Assembly (NCBI GenBank): GCA_964016885.1
Contig: OZ024744.1
Coordinates: 22,134,001 to 22,198,000, forward strand
DNA: 64,000 nt
Direction of reading: 5' to 3'
Origin: Eledone cirrhosa
Lineage: Eukaryota
In this document: piece by piece, positions 58,521-64,000 of the stretch
Numbering within the stretch: the stretch's first letter is position 1
How the letters are laid out: each line of letters opens with the position of its first letter
Translations under genes and position numbers: made by a program
The notes under the pieces: model-generated
Seen by the model: only the letters and a program-made list of their open reading frames with translations
The model's database searches: none
Told to the model about the DNA's origin: nothing

Positions 58521-61500
58521 GGTTGACATAGTTAACATAGGTGGGATGTTGTGGTGGTCAGTTAGGTTGACATAGATAACATAGGTGGGATGTTGTCGTG
58601 GTCAGTTAGGGTGACATAGATAACATAGAGTGAGATGTTGTCATGGTGGTCAGTTAGGTTGACATAGATAACATAGGTGGGATGTTGTCGTGGTGGTCAG
58701 GTAGGTTGACATAGATAACATAGGTGGGATGTTGTCGTGGTGGTCAGTTAGGTTGACATAGATAACATAGAGTGAGATGTTGTCGTGGTGGTCAGTTAGG
58801 TTGACATAGATAACATAGGTGGGATGTTGTCGTGGTGGTCAGTTAGGTTGACATAGATAACATAGGTGGGATGTTGTCGTGGTGGTCAGTTAGGTTGACA
58901 TAGATAACATAGAGTCAGATGTTGTCGTGGTGGTCAGTTAGGTTGACATAGATAACATAGAGTTAGATGTTGTCATGGTGGTCAGTTAGGTTGACATAGA
59001 TAACATAGGTGGGATGTTGTCGTGGTGGTCAGTTAGGTTGACATAGATAACATAGAGTGAGATGTTGTCGTGGTGGTCAGTTAGGTTGACATAGATAACA
59101 TAGGTGGGATGTTGTCGTGGTGGTCAGTTAGGTTGACATAGATAACATAGGTGGGATGTTGTCGTGGTGGTCAGTTAGGTTGACATAGATAACATAGAGT
59201 CAGATGTTGTCGTGGTGGTCAGTTATGTTGACATAGATAACATAGAGTGAGATGTTGTCGTGATGGTCAGTTAGGTTGACATAGATAACATAGGTGGGAT
59301 GTTGTCGTGGTCAGTTAGGTTGATATAGATAACATTGGTGGGATGTTGTCGTGGTCAGTTAGGTTGACATAGATAACATAGGTGGGATGTTGTCGTGGTG
59401 GTCAGTTAGGTTGACATAGATAACATAGGTGGGATGTTGTCGTGGTGGTCAGTTAGGTTGACATAGATAACATAGAGTCAGATGTTGTCGTGGTGGTCAG
59501 TTAGGTTGACATAGATAACATAGAGTGAGGTGTTGTCGTGGTGGTCAGTTAGGTTGACATAGATAACATAGGTGGGATGTTGTCGTGGTGGTCAGTTAGG
59601 TTGACATAGATAACATAGAGTGGGATGTTGTCGTGGTGGTCAGTTAGGTTGACATAGATAACATAGGTGGGATGTTGTCGTGGTGGTCAGTTAGGTTGAC
59701 ATAGATAACATAAAGTGAGATGTTGTCTTGGTGGTCAGTTAGGTTGACATAGATAACATAGGTGGGATGTTGTCGTGGTCACTTAGTTTGACATAGATAA
59801 CATAGAGTGAGATGTTGTCGTGGTGGTCAGTTAGGTTGACATAGCTAACATAGGTGGGATGTTGTCGGGGTGGTCAGTTAGGTTGACATAGATAACATAG
59901 AGTGAGATGGTGTCGTGGTGGTCAGTTAGGTTGACATAGATAACATAGGTGAGATGTTGTCGTGGTGGTCAGTTAGGTTGACATAGATAATATAGAGTGA
60001 GATGTTGTCGTGGTGGTCAGTTAGGTTGACATAGATAACATAGGTGGGACGTTGTCGTGGTCAGTTAGGTTGACATAGATAACATAGGTGGTATGTTGTC
60101 GTGGTCAGTTAGGTTGACATAGATAACATAGAGTGAGATGTTGTCGTGGTGGTCAGTTAGGTTGACATAGATAACATAGGTGGGATGTTGTCGTGGTGGT
60201 CAGTTAGGTTGACATAGATAACATAGGTGGGATGTTGTCGGGGTGGTCAGTTAGGTTGACATAGATAACATAGGTGGGATGGTGTCGTGGACAGTTAGGT
60301 TGACATAGATAACATAGAGTGAGATGCTGTCGTGGTGGTCAGTTAGGTTGACATAGATAACATAGGTGGGATGTTGTCGGGGTGGTCAGTTAGGTTGACA
60401 TAGATAACATAGAGTGGGATGTTGTCGTGGTGGTCAGTTAGGTTGACATAGATAACATAGGTGGGATGTTGTCGTGGTCAGTTAGGGTGACATAGATAAC
60501 ATAGGTGGGATGTTGTCGTGGTGGTCAGTTAGGTTGACATAGATTACATAGGTGGTATGTTGTCGTGGTCAGTTAGGTTGACATAGATAACATAGAGTGA
60601 GATGTTGTCGTGGTGGTCAGTTAGGTTGACATAGATAACATAGGTGGGATGTTGTCGTGGTGGTCAGTTATGTTGACATAGATAACATAGAGTGAGATGG
60701 TGACGTGGAGGTCAGTTAGGTTGACATAGATAACATATGTGGGATGTTGTCGTGGTCAGTTAGGTTGACATAGATAACATAGGTGGGATGTTGTCGTGGT
60801 GGTCAGTTAGGTTGACATAGATAACATAGGTGGGATGTTGTCGTGGTCAGTTAGGTTGACATATATAACATAGAGTGCGATGTTGTCGTGGTTGTCAGTA
60901 AGGTTGACATAGATAACATAGAGTGAGATGTTGTCGTGGTGGTCAGTTAGGTTGACATAGAAAACATAGGTGGGATGTTGTCGCGGTGGTCTGTTAGGTT
61001 GACATAGATAACATAGATGGGATGTTGTCGTGGTGGTCAGTTAGGTTGACATAGATAACATAGGTGGCATGTTGTCGTGGTGGTCAGTTAGGTTGACATA
61101 GATAACATAGGTGGGATGGTGTCGTGGTGGTCAGTTAGGTTGACATAGATAACATAGAGTGAGATGTTGTCGTGGTGGTCAGTGAGGTTGACATAGATAA
61201 CATAGAGTGGGATATTGTCGTGGTGGTCAGTTAGGTTTACATAGATAACATAGAGTGATATGTTGTCGTGGTGGTCAGTTAGGTTGACATAGATAACATA
61301 GGTGGGATGTTGTCGTGGTGGTCAGTTAGGTTGACATAGATAACATAGGTGGGATGTAGTCGTGGTGGTCAGTTAGGTTGACATAGTTAACATAGGTGGG
61401 ATGTTGTCGTGGTGGTCAGTTAGGTTGACATAGATAACATAGGTGGGATGTTGTCGTGGTCAGTTAGGGTGACATAGATAACATAGGTGGGATGTTGTCG

Positions 61501-64000
61501 TGGTGGTCAGTTAGGTTGACATAGATAACATAGGTGGTATGTTGTCGTGGTCAGTTAGGTTGACATAGATAACATAGAGTGAGATGTTGTCGTGGTGGTC
61601 AGTTAGGTTGACATAGATAACATAGGTGGGATGTTGTCGTGGTGGTCAGTTAGGTTGACATAGATAACATAGAGTGAGATGGTGACGTGGTGGTCAGTTA
61701 GGTTGACATAGTTAACATAGGTGAGATGTTGTCGTGGTGGTCAGTTAGGTTGACATAGATAACATAGAATGAGATGTTGTCGTGGTGGTCAGTTAGGTTG
61801 ACATAGATAACATAGGTGGGATGTTGTCGTGGTCAGTTAGGTTGACATAGATAACATAGGTGGGATGTTGTTGTGGTGGTCTGTTAGGTTGACATAGATA
61901 ACATAGGTGGGATGTTGTCGTGGTCAGTTAGGTTGACATATATAACATAGAGTGAGATGTTGTCGTGGTTGTCAGTTAGGTTGACATAGATAACATAGAG
62001 TGAGATGTTGTCGTGGTGGTCAGTTAGGTTGACATAGAAAACATAGGTGGGATGTTGTCGTGGTGGTCAGTTAGGTTGACATAGATAACATAGGTGGGAT
62101 GTTGTCGTGGTGGTCAGTTAGGTTTACATAGCTAACATAGTGTGAGATGTTGTCGTGGTGGTCAGTTAGGGTGACGTAGATAACAGAGTGAGATATTGTC
62201 GTGGTCGTCAGTTAGGTTGACATAGATAACATAGGTGGCATGTTGTCGTGGTGGTCAGTTAGGTTTACATAGCTAACATAGTGTGAGATGTTGTCGTGGT
62301 GGTCAGTTAGGTTGACATAGATAACATAGGTGGGATGTTGTCGTGGTGGTCAGTTAGGTTGACATAGATAACATAGGTGGGATGTAGTCGTGGTGGTCAG
62401 TTAGGTTGACATAGTTAACATAGGTGGGATGTTGTCGTGGTGGTCAGTTAGGTTGACATAGATAACATAGGTGGGATGTTGTCGTGGTGGTCAGTTAGGT
62501 TGACATAGATAACATAGAGTCAGATGTTGTCGTGGTGGTCAGTTAGGTTAACATAGATAACATAGAGTGAGATGTTGTCGTGGTGGTCAGTTAGGTTGAC
62601 ATAGATAACATAGGTGGGATGGTGTCGTGGACAGTTAGGTTGACATAGATAACATAGAGTGAGATGTTGTCGTGGTGGTCAGTTAGGTTGACATAGATAA
62701 CATAGGTGGGATGTTGTCGGGGTGGTCAGTTAGGTTGACATAGATAACATAGAGTGGGATGTTGTCGTGGTGGTCAGTTAGGTTGACATAGATAACATAG
62801 GTGGGATGTTGTCGTGGTCAGTTAGGGTGACATAGATAACATAGGTGGGATGTTGTCGTGGTGGTCAGTTAGGTTGACATAGATTACATAGGTGGTATGT
62901 TGTCGTGGTCAGTTAGGTTGACATAGATAACATAGAGTGAGATGTTGTCGTGGTGGTCAGTTAGGTTGACATAGATAACATAGGTGGGATGTTGTCGTGG
63001 TGGTCAGTTAGGTTGACATAGATAACATAGGTGGGATGTTGTCGGGGTGGTCAGTTAGGTTGACATAGATAACATAGGTGGGATGGTGTCGTGGACAGTT
63101 AGGTTGACATAGATAACATAGAGTGAGATGCTGTCGTGGTGGTCAGTTAGGTTGACATAGATAACATAGGTGGGATGTTGTCGGGGTGGTCAGTTAGGTT
63201 GACATAGATAACATAGAGTGGGATGTTGTCGTGGTGGTCAGTTAGTTTGACATAGATAACATAGGTGGGATGTTGTCGTGGTCAGTTAGGGTGACATAGA
63301 TAACATAGATGGGATGTTGTCGTGGTGGTCAGTTAGGTTGACATAGATTACATAGGTGGTATGTTGTCGTGGTCAGTTAGGTTGACATAGATAACATAGA
63401 GTGAGATGTTGTCGTGGTGGTCAGTTAGGTTGACATAGATAACATAGGTGGGATGTTGTCGTGGTGGTCAGTTATGTTGACATAGATAACATAGAGTGAG
63501 ATGGTGACGTGGTGGTCAGTTAGGTTGACATAGATAACATATGTGGGATGTTGTCGTGGTCAGTTAGGTTGACATAGATAACATAGGTGGGATGTTGTCG
63601 TGGTGGTCAGTTAGGTTGACATAGATAACATAGGTGGGATGTTGTCGTGGTCAGTTAGGTTGACATATATAACATAGAGTGAGATGTTGTCGTGGTTGTC
63701 AGTAAGGTTGACATAGATAACATAGAGTGAGATGTTGTCGTGGTGGTCAGTTAGGTTGACATAGAAAACATAGGTGGGATGTTGTCGCGGTGGTCTGTTA
63801 GGTTGACATAGATAACATAGATGGGATGTTGTCGTGGTGGTCAGTTAGGTTGACATAGATAACATAGAGTGAGATGTTGTCGTGGTGGTCAGTTAGGTTG
63901 ACATAGATAACATAGAGTGAGATATTGTCGTGGTGGTCAGTTAGGTTGACATAGATAACATAGGTGGCATGTTGTCGTGGTGGTCAGTTAGGTTTACATA

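Larger units (their letters stand above)
1..64000. repeat. Tandem satellite array, 44-48 bp monomer (mainly 47/48 bp), roughly 1,350-1,400 copies, all in one orientation; continues beyond both window edges
   Basis: Consensus gtcagttaggttgacatagataacat[aggtggg|agagtgag]atgttgtcgtg(gtg) recurs throughout. Measured ttgac-to-ttgac spacings are 47 bp (1681->1728) and 48 bp (428->476). No inversion or foreign insertion was seen. Copy number is estimated as 64000/~47. Confidence 0.99.

Noticed and set aside
1-64000. CRISPR array (constant part plus variable part)
   Set aside because: The variable part is only 7-8 nt and comes from a few related alleles, not unique 25-45 nt spacers. There is no leader and no cas gene.
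1-64000. Canonical telomere tract or strong G-quadruplex array
   Set aside because: TTAGG never occurs in tandem. GGG runs occur about once per monomer, roughly 47 bp apart, so only weak two-tier G4s are conceivable.
1-64000. Assignment to a named satellite family, organism or centromere
   Set aside because: I do not recognise the monomer. A BLAST/Dfam/Repbase search and chromosomal context would be needed.

Overview
The whole 64-kb window is one uninterrupted, single-orientation (head-to-tail) satellite array of roughly 1,350-1,400 monomers. There is no unique sequence, no credible gene, RNA gene, transposon or CRISPR array. Two main monomer types alternate irregularly: type A, 47 bp (gtcagttaggttgacatagataacatAGGTGGGatgttgtcgtggtg), and type B, 48 bp (…cat AGAGTGAG atg…). 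Forms 3 bp shorter (44/45 bp) lack one gtg. The + strand is strongly G/T-rich (type A: 17 G, 15 T, 11 A, 4 C). Each monomer carries one TTAGG and two short imperfect inverted repeats: TTAGG is the loop of the first, and the A/B-defining segment is the loop of the second. Rare variants reveal kb-scale tandem block duplications (offsets measured by hand: 2,711, 1,174, 3,411, 1,598, 1,630, 8,782 and 2,530 bp) and a switch in variant repertoire near 35 kb. This fits eukaryotic satellite DNA (pericentromeric, subtelomeric or possibly telomere-associated) evolving by unequal exchange. Organism and function cannot be determined from the window. I found no support for a new gene-based system. Block boundaries are approximate (about one monomer).
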